Source of the DNA: an uncultured Methylomirabilota bacterium
Lineage (GTDB): Bacteria; Methylomirabilota; Methylomirabilia; Methylomirabilales; 2-02-FULL-66-22
DNA: 64,000 nucleotides
Reading direction: 5' to 3'
Assembly (NCBI GenBank): GCA_963845565.1
Contig: CAWJSJ010000004.1
Span: 192,001-256,000 of the forward strand
In this document: one piece after another, positions 1-9,421 of the stretch
Layout of the letters: each line of letters starts with the position of its first letter
Position numbering within the stretch: the first letter of the stretch is position 1
The notes under the pieces: model-generated
Told to the model about the DNA's origin: nothing
What the model saw: only the letters and a program-made list of their open reading frames with translations
The model's database searches: none
Position numbers and translations under genes: made by a program

Positions 1-26
1 GCTGGTACCGGCCGCGATCTTTCCAC

Positions 27-54
27 TTGACGGATATTCCATATGAGTTATAGT
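27..54 (+). promoter_or_regulatory. sigma70-like promoter of the toxin-antitoxin pair
   Basis: TTGACG (27-32), 16 nt, TATAGT (49-54). Confidence 0.55.
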
Positions 55-426
55 CCTGATACGGAATGGCCGGTCGAATACACGGATGAGTTCGAGACGT
101 GGTGGGAGCGTCTGACGGAGGCGGAACAGGAGGATGTGGCCGCCAAGGTCATCTTGCTCCAGCGCCTGGGGCCCGCGCTCCCCCGACCGCACGCCGATGT
201 GGTGCGGTCTTCCAGGTATGCCAATATGAAGGAGCTGCGGATCCAGCATGCCGGACGGCCGTACCGCGTGCTGTATGCGTTCGATCCCCGGCGGTGTGCG
301 ATCCTGTTGATTGGCGGGGACAAGACAGGCAACGATCGCTGGTACGAGATATTCGTCCCGCGGGCGGACCGGCTGTATGGCGAGCACATCGCGAGCCTGA
401 GGGGGGAGGGTATGACTGATGGCTAA
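43..426 (+). CDS. RelE/HigB-like toxin (DUF891/Gp49-like); true start uncertain
   Basis: WPVEYTDEFETWW...NMKELRIQHAGRPYRVLYAFDPRRCAILLIGGDK; overlaps the downstream HTH gene. Confidence 0.85.
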   Translation: MSYSPDTEWPVEYTDEFETWWERLTEAEQEDVAAKVILLQRLGPALPRPHADVVRSSRYANMKELRIQHAGRPYRVLYAFDPRRCAILLIGGDKTGNDRWYEIFVPRADRLYGEHIASLRGEGMTDG

Positions 427-736
427 GAACTTCAAGGCACTGCAGGCGAAGATGCCGCCCGGGGCACGGCTGCGCGCCGAGGCCAAGGCGGATGCCATGC
501 TCCGATCGATGTCCCTGGACGAGCTCCGCGAGGCGCTGAACCTCACCCAGGAGGAGCTCGCCAATCGCCTCCAGGTGAAGCAGCCGGCCGTCGCCAAACT
601 GGAACGGCGCGAGGACGTTCGGTTGAGCACGCTTCGGGCTCTCATCGAGGCAATGGGGGGACACATCGAAGTGCGTGCGGTCTTCCCTCAAGGCACCGTC
701 GTCCTGCGGCAGCCCAGCGAATCGCAAGCCGCGTGA
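419..736 (+). CDS. XRE-family HTH antitoxin (HigA-like)
   Basis: LREALNLTQEELANRLQVKQPAVAKLE HTH; toxin-first gene order. Confidence 0.85.
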   Translation: MAKNFKALQAKMPPGARLRAEAKADAMLRSMSLDELREALNLTQEELANRLQVKQPAVAKLERREDVRLSTLRALIEAMGGHIEVRAVFPQGTVVLRQPSESQAA

Positions 737-810
737 GCGATTGGCTATGATGATTTCCCGCGTTTCAGCTCATCGGTAACCTCCCGGCAGAGCCCAAGGA
801 GGTGTGAGGC

Positions 811-1101
811 ATGGCGATCAATCCTATCGCCTCCGCCCGCGCGGTCAACGAGCAGTTCCTTCGCTATCAGCTCACCGCCTTTCCTCTCGCCGACGAGGCG
901 GTGTCGCGGCAGGCCGACGAGGGCATCCGCTCGCCCGCCAAAGCCTTCCGGGTGGGCCCCCGAATTCGGGACCTCGTGACGCAGGAGGTCCTCCACCCAG
1001 CGTTCCCCGGCATCGTCGAGTATCCCGACCTGGTCGCGCACCAGGATCCCGGGTCGTCGATCCGGGAGCCGGCCGAGGGAGACGAGGGCCATGGCGCGTG
1101 A
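811..1101 (+). pseudogene. N-terminal remnant of a large DEAD/DEAH helicase
   Basis: AGGAGG upstream; INPI...NEQFLRYQLTAFP...LHPAF...LVAHQ resembles a helicase N-terminus, and similarity ends at the Q-motif. Confidence 0.5.
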
Positions 1102-1831
1102 CAACCAGGGGTTCATTTCAGGCGTCCACAATTACTGCGACCGGTGGTGCGAGCGCTGCCCCTTCGCCAGTCGGTGCCGCGCCTACGCCATGGAGATGAG
1201 CATCCGGATCGACGGCTTCGACGGCGAGCTGACGCAGGCCGCCGAGGGGTTGTCGGCGGAGTCGGCAGGGGAGTGGCGTGAGGAGAATTTCCTGGCCGAG
1301 GCCGAGGAGGAAGTCACCGACGCGGAGATCGAGCAGGAGGTGCTGGCGCGGGACGTCGCCCATGCGCTGGCCGAGGTGCACCCGCTGGCCGTCGACGCCG
1401 ACCGCCTCGCGGAGCTGGCCGGGCCGCTCCTCGGCGCGGCCGATGCCGTGTTGACAGCCGGCGGCGACGAGGCCGAGGCCTTCCGGCATCCCGTCGAGGT
1501 CTTGGCGCACTACAAGTATTTCGTGGCCGCAAAGGTCCGCCGGGCGCTCTCGGGTCGGGAGGAGCCTCCGATCCTCGACGACGACGGGCGTCCCTTTCCC
1601 TCCGACGCGGATGGCAGCGCCAAGGTCGCCGCCCTGGCCTGCGCCGCCGCCCGGGATGCCGCCCAGCGCCTGGCAACGCTGGATCCGACACTCACCTCCC
1701 TGGTCGCTCCCTTCACGCGGACGGCCGACCGCGTCCTGGTCCTCCTCGACGCGGCGTTCCCCGGCCATCGCGCCTTCCGCCGCCCCGGCTTCGACGATCC
1801 GTCCGAACGGACGGTACCGGACACCTTGTGA
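1091..1831 (+). CDS. hypothetical protein with N-terminal Cys cluster
   Basis: HNYCDRWCERCPFASRC, acidic linker, SDADGSAKVA, FRRPGFD; GC3-biased frame. Confidence 0.7.
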   Translation: MARDNQGFISGVHNYCDRWCERCPFASRCRAYAMEMSIRIDGFDGELTQAAEGLSAESAGEWREENFLAEAEEEVTDAEIEQEVLARDVAHALAEVHPLAVDADRLAELAGPLLGAADAVLTAGGDEAEAFRHPVEVLAHYKYFVAAKVRRALSGREEPPILDDDGRPFPSDADGSAKVAALACAAARDAAQRLATLDPTLTSLVAPFTRTADRVLVLLDAAFPGHRAFRRPGFDDPSERTVPDTL

Positions 1832-1928
1832 CGCGTAACCCGTGGATTTCCCTGGAGCGACAATCCCGTTCTTGTCAGGCGTCGGCCAGAGAATGGCCGG
1901 GCCGATCGGAACCGACGGAGGCTGATCA

Positions 1929-2120
1929 GTGTCGGTGCGGCCGCAGGGGCTCCGAGTGTGCTGCCCAAAGAAGCCCGACTGGGGCGTGGGCCACGTCCTA
2001 TCCGACGACGATGGGGCGATGGTCACCGTCTTCTTCCTAGGACGCGGGAAGCAGAGACTGGATACGCGCATTGCTGAGCTGGACCTCGTGACCGGCCCAG
2101 CCGCGGTAAATCCGGTCCAC
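1929..2120 (+). pseudogene. DUF3553-like SH3-fold fragment
   Basis: PKKPDWGVGHVL...VTVFF...G motif; protein-like character is lost after about 60 codons. Confidence 0.45.
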
Positions 2121-2338
2121 GATCCACTTTGGAAGAGCCAGCCCCCTCCCGGCGATCTCACGGATCTGCGCCACGCGTGGCGAGTGAATCGCAGTTGCCA
2201 CGCAGGTGCGACGTTGGTACACTGCAGATCGGCTAGGGACAGGAACCGGAAGAGCAGGTATCCCGTGGCGCAGGAACGTGTCGGGGTGGACGTTGCGCGT
2301 GCGACCGAAGAGGGATCATTCTTGCGGACGATGACGCC

Positions 2339-2680
2339 ATGACCACACCTCGGACACTGGCCCCGCAGCAAACGGCGGCCCTCGAAGCGTTCGCCGGAGG
2401 GGTGCGCAGCCTCCTGGGCGACCGCCTTGTGGCGCTGAAGCTCTTCGGCTCCCACGCCCGCGGCGACGCCGGCCCGGACTCCGATCTGGACGTCCTTGTA
2501 CTGGTGGAGGAGGCGACTCCCACTCTGGAGAACCACGTCCTGGACCTCGCCTTCCACGTGAATCTGGTGCATGACGTCTATATTTCTCCCCGGGTGATCG
2601 CCCGACGCATCTTCGAGGATCCCGTCTGGCGCAGTACCCCCTTCATTCGCGCTCTGGAAACGGAAGGGGCAGCTCTGTGA
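2339..2680 (+). CDS. minimal nucleotidyltransferase (MNT) antitoxin
   Basis: LFGSHARGDAGPDSDLDVLV (GS-x10-DxD). Confidence 0.9.
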   Translation: MTTPRTLAPQQTAALEAFAGGVRSLLGDRLVALKLFGSHARGDAGPDSDLDVLVLVEEATPTLENHVLDLAFHVNLVHDVYISPRVIARRIFEDPVWRSTPFIRALETEGAAL

Positions 2681-3081
2681 AGCCGGAGCTCGCGGCCCTG
2701 GCGCGGCACCGCCTGGCCCAAGCACACGAAACCCTCGCCGAGGCGGAGCAACTCCTCGCCAGTCAGGCGCTCCGGGGTGCGGTCAATCGATTGTACTATG
2801 CGGCGTTCTACGCCGCACGCGCCCTGCTGGCCCTTCGGGAGGTGGACGCCGCCCGACACAGCGGTGTCATCAGTCTCTTTCAACAGCACTACGTCAAGAC
2901 GGGCCTCGTCGCCGCGGAGACGGGCAAGATCCTGGCTCGCGCCTTCGAGAAGCGGCAGAACTCCGATTATGAGGATTTCGCCACGGTCGAACCCGCCGAC
3001 GCCCAGGATCTCGCCTCTGCCGTGCAGACCTTTGTAGACACCTGCAAACTACTCCTCGATCGGTTGCTCCGAGACGTGTGA
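2677..3081 (+). CDS. HEPN domain protein (partner of MNT)
   Basis: AVNRLYYAAFYAARALL...RHSGVISLF...RQNSDY; GTGA overlap with MNT. Confidence 0.9.
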   Translation: MKPELAALARHRLAQAHETLAEAEQLLASQALRGAVNRLYYAAFYAARALLALREVDAARHSGVISLFQQHYVKTGLVAAETGKILARAFEKRQNSDYEDFATVEPADAQDLASAVQTFVDTCKLLLDRLLRDV

Positions 3082-3173
3082 ATCTGATTTCCCGTGACCT
3101 CAGATGTCACACCCTCGCGGTATCCTCCCTGTGCGCCGGCCGTGTCAACCCACGCCGGGCCAAGGAGGAACCC

Positions 3174-3849
3174 ATGGCGACCAAGACGTTCCCCGACACC
3201 CAGACCTGCGCGTTTCCCGGCGAGAAACCGACGCTCGCCGTGGACGTCGAGGCCGACCTCCAGGGCCGGGTCGTCTCGTGCGAGGCGGCGCTGGCGAATG
3301 CCCTCTGGCAGCTTGCCCGGTTCTACCAGGCGGCCGGGCGGCCGGCGGACGCCACCGCCTGCGCGGAGCGGTTTCTCGCGGGCGCCCGGACCCCGGCCGC
3401 ACAGGCCACCGGGTGCCTGCGGGCGGGCCAGCTCCTGGAGCAGCAGGATCGGTACGCCGAGGCGGAAGCGATGTATGCCCGCGGGCTGGCGCTCCGGGCG
3501 GCCGGAATGGACGTGGCCTACTTCCTTCACAACAACCGGGGATACTGCTTGAACCTCCTCGGGCGCCACGCGGACGCCGAGGTCCACACCCGGGCGGCCA
3601 TCGCGCTCGATCCCACCCGGCACAACGCCCACAAGAACCTCGGCCTGGCCCTGGCGGGGCAGGGGCGCCTTGAGGAGGCCGCTCGGTCCCTTTTGGAAGC
3701 GGATCGCCGCTGTCCGCCGGACACCCGGGCGCGGGGCCACCTCACCGACGCTCCTCGCGGAACACCCGGAACTCCTGGCGGGCGATCCGTCTTTGGCGAC
3801 CGCCTGCCGTGAGCGGGGGATCCGCCCAGGCCGGGTGGGGAGGGCCTGA
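3174..3849 (+). CDS. tetratricopeptide repeat protein (apparent +1 frameshift near 3746)
   Basis: AGGAGG upstream; TPR motifs (YFLHNNRGYCL, AHKNLGLALAGQG); the shifted frame continues LLAEHPELLAGDP to TGA 3847-3849. Confidence 0.7.
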
Positions 3850-3975
3850 CAGGCTGCTGAAAACGGCCCATCTACCGCGTTGGCCCGCTCGCGCGGCGCT
3901 GCGACGTACGTGCTCAGTACGCCTCGCGCCACGCATCCCGCGCCGCCTTGTATCTGGACCTTTTTGAGCAGCCTG
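3850..3975 (+). repeat. MITE-like family B, copy 1
   Basis: terminal inverted repeats CAGGCTGCTGAAAA / TTTTGAGCAGCCTG; homologous to 7692-7816 and 39250-39375. Confidence 0.85.
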
Positions 3976-3989
3976 GGAGAAATGAGGTT

Positions 3990-5472
3990 GTGAGCACCGT
4001 GCCAAAGGTGACGAGAAGGTTGTCGAAGTCCCGGTACCTGTCGGGCCTGCAGTGCGCCAAGCGCCTCTACCTGGAGATCCACGCCCGGGAGTTGGCGACA
4101 CCCTTCGATGAGGGGACGCAGGCGATCCTGGACGCAGGGACGCGGGTCGGGGAGCTCGCCCGGGAGCGGTACCCGGGCGGCGTTCTGGTAGACGTGGAGC
4201 ATTTCAAGGTGGCGGAGGGGCTCGCCCGCACGGCGGCGCTCCTGGTCGATCCGTCCATCACGGTCGTCTACGAAGGCTTCATCGCCTTCGATGACGTCGT
4301 CGTCCGGCCCGACATCCTGGTCCGGACCCGCGGTAATCGGTGGCGGCTGATCGAGGTGAAGTCCACCAGCCGGGTGAAGGACGAGCATCTCCACGACCTG
4401 GCCATCCAGGCCTACGTACTCACCGGCGCCGGCCTGGTCCTGGATGCCACGTGCCTCATGCACCTCAACACGGGCTATCTCTACCCGGGCGGGCCGCTCG
4501 ACCTCCAGCAGCTCTTCCAAGAACAGGAGCTGACCCGCGAGGTGGCCGACTGCCAGGGCGAGATCCCCGCGCGACTCGCCGCGATGCGACAGGTCCTGGC
4601 CAACCCAGCACCCCCGGCCGTCGAGCCGGATGACCATTGTTTTGCTCCGTACGAGTGCCCCTTCTGGGAGCACTGCACCAAGGACAAGCCCGGCTCGCTG
4701 GATCTTCCACCTCCCCGGGAGCCGGCAAGCGTTCCGCGATCTGACGGCGCTGGGCGTCCAGACCATCGACGACATCCCGCCAGGTTACTCCCTGCAACTG
4801 ATCCAGCAGCGGGTGAAGGACAACGTCGAGTGGGTCGGCCCCGGGCTCCACGGAGCGCTCGACACGGTCGAGTACCCGGTCCACCATCTGGACTTCGAGA
4901 CGCTGGGCTCCGCCATCCCGCTGTATCCCAACACGCGGCCGTACCAGGCCATCCCGTTCCAGTGGTCGAACCACATCGAGACCGCGGATGGACAGCTCCG
5001 ACACGAGGCCTATCTGTGCCCGGATCCGCGGGACCCTCGCGAGGAGCTGGCCGTGGCCCTCCTGGAGTCGGTGGGGCAGGAGGGGAGCATCTGCACCTAT
5101 ACCGGCTACGAGCGGAGCGTCCTCACCGGACTCGCCGAGGCCCTCCCGCACCTCCGACCCGACCTCGACCGGGTCTGTGACCGCCTCTGGGATCTCCACC
5201 CGATCATCAAGGCACACTATTACCATCCCGCCTTCAACGGCTCCTACTCGATCAAGGCGGTCCTGCCCGCCGTGGCGCCGCACCTCGCGTACGACGACCT
5301 GGCAATCCAGGAGGGGATGATGGCCTCCCTCCAGTTCCACCGGATGGTCTTCGGCGATGGCGATTCCACCGAGAAGGCGACGATCCGCACCGCCCTCCTC
5401 AAGTACTGCGAGCGCGACACCCTGGCGATGGTGGAGTTGCGGCGGGCGCTCCGGGCCAAGGCGCGCAACTAG
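3990..5472 (+). CDS. DUF2779-like protein (N-terminal PD-(D/E)XK/Cas4-like nuclease plus C-terminal RNase H-like domain); +1 frameshift at about 4690
   Basis: LSKSRYLSGLQCAKRLYL, RPDIL, LIEVKST, C-x5-CPFWEHC, then HLDFET, PFQWS, SYSIKAVLP, YCERDT in the other frame. Confidence 0.85.
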
Positions 5473-6221
5473 AGCGCGGGTGGGCTCGATAGGGTCGTTG
5501 GGTGTTTGCGCCATAGGGAGTTCGGAAAGCGCCCACGAGTCGCGTCAGACGGCGGGGCGGACACGGTTGGCCCGGAACCGGAAGATGGAGACGGGATGCC
5601 TTCTGACGCGCAGGCCGCTGACTCTCGGTGAGCGGCACGCCGGTGTTTCTTCACGAAGCGCGGAGTACCGAACGGTCGCTTACCGCCAAACCAGCGGGGT
5701 ATCAGGCTGCGCTGCGGTGACCTCCTGCCCCATCCCGCCCTGGCACGAGCGGCTCCAGGAATCGGTTTTTGGCTTGACCGTTTTGTCGTGCTGTGGAACG
5801 ATTCTGCGCAACGAGGAACCGGATTGTCGTCCGGCGCGGCGCCGGAAGGGTAGGCAGTCAGGCGCCCGCGTTCCACGTTCCTCGGTGTCACCGCCGTTCG
5901 AGCTGGCCAGACTCACCCAGGACCCCCGGTTTTCTCTCCGGGGTGTTGACGGGGTGCGGCAATGTGCCAGGTCACGCGCAGACCCCACGCTGTCCCTGCC
6001 ACCTCACGCGTGAACCGTTTCGGCCCCGCCGCCGTGGTCGGATCGGACCGTCCTTCGCGTCGGGGGGCACCGGCTGACGAGGCTCGCCCACGCCCCCGCG
6101 GTATCTGCCTACAGCGACGACCCCACGTGCTGGAGGTGGAACGTCCGCCGCCCGCCCGCCACGATCCAATCATGACGTCCGCGTCTCGTCCTCGGCTGTC
6201 TCCATCTGGGGAGGGTTCATC

Positions 6222-7457
6222 ATGACGCGAGAAAAGACTCACCCTGAAGATCGCGGTCTGCTAACGCGGCGGGCCGTTCTCCTGGGAATCGGCGCCGTCG
6301 CAGGCGCTGCGGCCGTCGCACCCCGAGTCGTTCGGGCCCAGGCCCCGTCCGTCGGGCCGGTGGCGCCGCGAAGCACGGTCACCAGCCCGCCGCGCGACTT
6401 CAGTCCGACGGGAGCGCCGACCACCTACTTCACGGATCCGGACATCCTGACCGTTGACCCATTGTTCAACCAGTACGTCCAGCCCAACAGCGCGATCGCG
6501 CGCCTGTGGACCGGCGCGCTCTGGTCGGAGGGGCCGGCCTGGAGCGGACAGGGGCGCTACCTGGTCTGGAGCGACATTCCCAACAACCGGCAGCTGCGCT
6601 GGCTGGAAGACAACGGCCGCGTGAGCGTCTTCCGCATGCCCGCGAACAACAGCAACGGCAACAGCTTCGACTTCCAGGGTCGGCAACTATCCTGCGAGCA
6701 CCTGACGCGGCGCGTCGTCCGCTACGAGCACGACGGTTCGGTGACCGTGCTCGCCGACTCCTACAACGGCAAGCGGCTCAACTCGCCCAACGACGTCGTT
6801 CCCCATCCGGACGGGAGCTACTGGTTCACCGACCCACCGTATGGGGGTATGCTCTACGAAGGCGCCGCGGACGCGCCCGGCGGGCCGACCAACGCGAGCG
6901 GCCGGCTGCGTTCCCAGGTCGGCCAGGCGGCGGGTATCGGGTTGGCCAAGCGGGAACTTCCGACCAACTGCTACCGGATCGACCCGAGCGGGAGGGTCGA
7001 TCTCGTGATCACCGAGGACCAGGTCCCGGATCCGAACGGGCTGGCGTTCTCGCCCGACTACAAGAAGCTGTACGTCGTCAGCACCGGCAAGGGACCGGGC
7101 GACACCGGGCCGGGCGGCAAGGGCGACATGCACGCCTTTGACGTCGGCAGCGACAACAAGCTGTCCAACCAGAAGCTGTTCAGCGATTTCATGATCGATG
7201 GCGTGAAATGCGGGCCGGACGGAGTCCGCTGTGACGTGGACGGCAATCTCTGGTGCTCCAGCAACGCCGGCCGCGCCGTCGGCTACAGCGGTGTGACCGT
7301 CTGGACCCCCGAGGGCAAGCTCATCGGGCGCATCCGTCTCCCCGAGATCTGCGGCAACGTGTGCTTCGGCGGCCCGAAGCGCAACCGTCTGTTCATGGCC
7401 GCCAGCCAGTCCCTCTACGCGGTGTACGTCAACACGCAGGGAGCGGCCCCGGGTTAG
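6222..7457 (+). CDS. SMP-30/gluconolactonase family protein with Tat signal
   Basis: TRRAVL signal; WSEGPAW, NSNG, LNSPND, PNGLAFSPD, PDGVRCDVDGNLW. Confidence 0.92.
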   Translation: MTREKTHPEDRGLLTRRAVLLGIGAVAGAAAVAPRVVRAQAPSVGPVAPRSTVTSPPRDFSPTGAPTTYFTDPDILTVDPLFNQYVQPNSAIARLWTGALWSEGPAWSGQGRYLVWSDIPNNRQLRWLEDNGRVSVFRMPANNSNGNSFDFQGRQLSCEHLTRRVVRYEHDGSVTVLADSYNGKRLNSPNDVVPHPDGSYWFTDPPYGGMLYEGAADAPGGPTNASGRLRSQVGQAAGIGLAKRELPTNCYRIDPSGRVDLVITEDQVPDPNGLAFSPDYKKLYVVSTGKGPGDTGPGGKGDMHAFDVGSDNKLSNQKLFSDFMIDGVKCGPDGVRCDVDGNLWCSSNAGRAVGYSGVTVWTPEGKLIGRIRLPEICGNVCFGGPKRNRLFMAASQSLYAVYVNTQGAAPG

Positions 7458-7559
7458 GAGCCGTTACGAAATAACTTGTCCATTGTCTGTAATTTCGTTA
7501 CGGCTCCTTATGCCGTTCCCGAAATTTCTCCGGTCAAGTTATTCTTTGACAACGGCTTA
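7454..7559 (+). repeat. MITE/REP-like family A, copy 1
   Basis: TTA-GGAGCCGTTACGAAAT...ATTTCGTTACGGCTCC-TTA-TGCCGTT...AACGGC-TTA; further copies at 34143, 59069 and 60387. Confidence 0.9.
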
Positions 7560-7607
7560 GAGGGGACCACGCCTGAACCTCGGGTGCGTGTGCCGAAATG
7601 ACGATGA

Positions 7608-7643
7608 CCTCGGATGGGCTCCCTCGTGGGAGCCCATCCGAGG
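7608..7643. terminator. perfect 16-bp hairpin between convergent genes
   Basis: CCTCGGATGGGCTCCC-TCGT-GGGAGCCCATCCGAGG; no U tract. Confidence 0.45.
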
Positions 7644-7664
7644 CTCCGGTAGGCGCCGACCTGC

Positions 7665-7816
7665 CAGGCTGCTGAAAAACACGCCTTCCCTCAGGCTGCT
7701 CAAAAAGGTCCAGATGCAAGGCGGCGCGCGAAGGGCCGAGTGAGGCGTACTTCCTGTACGCCGCAACGAGCGCCCAAGCACGCCAACGCCGCAGATGGGC
7801 CTTTTTCAGCAGCCTG
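7665..7816 (-). repeat. MITE-like family B, copy 2 (with an extra terminal repeat at 7665)
   Basis: reverse-orientation homologue of 3850-3975. Confidence 0.85.
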
Positions 7817-8467
7817 CTAGTGGATGCGGCGGCCGACGACCGCGGCGTCCAGGGCGCGCCGGTCCACCCGGAAGAGGCCGCGGATCTGGGCGGGTGTCAA
7901 AAGCGGAGTGTGGGGGACGTCCACCAGGTGCTCCGGGATCCACCAGAGGTCGGTTTCGGAAGTCATCCAGCCGGGATGGACACGGTCGAAGCGCGCCAGG
8001 TTGACGGGGCGGGAGTAGGCGCGAAGCGTCCGCTCGCCGCGCAGGTTGATGTAGTCCTCGAAATAGCTCATGGCCAGCTCGCGCAGGCTGCGATAGACGG
8101 GGGCGCGACAGCGCAGCCCCGAGAAGTTGGACTTGGCGATGGCGCCCCAGTGGCGGTCGGCACGATAAACGGCGATGACATGGTCCGTGTCCTGGACCGC
8201 CTCCAGATCCAGCAGCAGCGGCGGAAAGCCGAGGACGCGAAGCGCAGCCGCGGCGAAGATGGCCCCTTCCAGGCAGTGCGCGGTCCGCTCGGCGAGCACC
8301 CGGCGGGGCGACCAGGCCGTCTCGGCCAGGTGGTAGGGCATGGCGTCCAGCGCGCGCTGAATGCCCGCGGGATGGCGCAGCGCGCGCAGGCTGCGCAACT
8401 CCCTGGCAGTGAACCCGAAACCGCGCACGACGCTCTCCGGGTCGTGGCGGTTGGACGGCGTGCCCAC
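7817..8467 (-). CDS. conserved hypothetical protein, possible transglutaminase/papain-like fold
   Basis: AHCLEGAIFAAAAL, DTDHVIAVY, WGAIAKSN; GTG start inferred. Confidence 0.7.
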   Translation of the reverse strand: MGTPSNRHDPESVVRGFGFTARELRSLRALRHPAGIQRALDAMPYHLAETAWSPRRVLAERTAHCLEGAIFAAAALRVLGFPPLLLDLEAVQDTDHVIAVYRADRHWGAIAKSNFSGLRCRAPVYRSLRELAMSYFEDYINLRGERTLRAYSRPVNLARFDRVHPGWMTSETDLWWIPEHLVDVPHTPLLTPAQIRGLFRVDRRALDAAVVGRRIH

Positions 8468-8535
8468 TCTGTTGTCCTCCGACGTTGCGGGTCGCGCATG
8501 AAGCCCGCGACGCCTCGCCCCCTGCGGCGGCAACC

Positions 8536-9402
8536 TCACGACGGTCGTGCCTCGAAGGTGTTGCACTGCTTCAGCGTGCCAGACTCGATTCCGCGCCTGA
8601 ACCAGCGAACGCGGTCGGCCGACGTGCCGTGTGTAAAGCTGTCGGGAACGGCGTACCCGCGCGTCTGCTGCTGCAAGCGGTCGTCGCCGATCGCACTGGC
8701 CGCGGTCAGCGCCTCCTCGATGTCGCCGGCCTCCAGGATATTCCGCATGCGGTCGGCGTGGTGCGCCCAGATCCCCGCCAGACAATCGGCCTGGAGCTCC
8801 AGACGCACCGAGAGCGCGTTTGCTTGGGTCTGGCTCGCGCGGCTCCGCGCGGCCTGCACCTTGTCCGAGATGCCGAGCAGGTGCTGTACGTGGTGGCCGA
8901 CCTCGTGGGCGATGACGTAGGCCTGGGCGAAATCTCCCGGGGCCTTGAACCGGACCTTCAGGTCTTGGTAAAAGGCGAGGTCAATGTACACCTTCTGGTC
9001 GGCCGGGCAATAGAACGGGCCCATCGCGGTCTGGCCGGTGCCGCAGGCGGTCGGCGTCGCGCCGGTGAAGAGCACCAGTTTCGGATCCTGGTACTGGCGG
9101 CCGGCCTGGCGGAAGATCGTGCGCCAGGTGTCCTCGGTGTCGGCGAGCACCTTCGAGACGAAGCGTGCCATCTCGTCGTTGGCCGGGGGTTTGTGCGCGG
9201 GCACCGATTGTACCGCCGGGCTTCCGGCGCCCGAGAAGAGACCGAGAATCACGGTCGGATCAATGCCGAAGAAGTAGCTCGCCGCAAGTGCCAGCACGAT
9301 CGCGCCGATCCCGGCGCCCCGACCGACGCCGAAACTTCGTCGGCCGCCCTCGCCGCGGCGATCTTCGACGTTGTCACTTTCTCGCTCGTCGTCGAGACGC
9401 AT
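8536..9402 (-). CDS. ypfJ: neutral zinc metallopeptidase (YpfJ family)
   Basis: ESDNVEDRR, GPFYCPAD, YVIAHEVGHHVQ, ELQADC, SFTHG. Confidence 0.9.
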   Translation of the reverse strand: MRLDDERESDNVEDRRGEGGRRSFGVGRGAGIGAIVLALAASYFFGIDPTVILGLFSGAGSPAVQSVPAHKPPANDEMARFVSKVLADTEDTWRTIFRQAGRQYQDPKLVLFTGATPTACGTGQTAMGPFYCPADQKVYIDLAFYQDLKVRFKAPGDFAQAYVIAHEVGHHVQHLLGISDKVQAARSRASQTQANALSVRLELQADCLAGIWAHHADRMRNILEAGDIEEALTAASAIGDDRLQQQTRGYAVPDSFTHGTSADRVRWFRRGIESGTLKQCNTFEARPS

Positions 9403-9421
9403 GTGCGCCTCCCTTCTTCCG

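Noticed and set aside
4685..4695. Programmed ribosomal frameshift in the DUF2779-like gene
   Set aside because: No slippery heptamer; looks like the other single-base indels in the window.
5741..5760. sigma54 promoter at TGGCAC
   Set aside because: The -12 TTGC element is missing at the required spacing.
7454..7816. Clustered palindromic repeats as a CRISPR array
   Set aside because: Copies are dispersed, with no regular repeat-spacer period and no cas operon.
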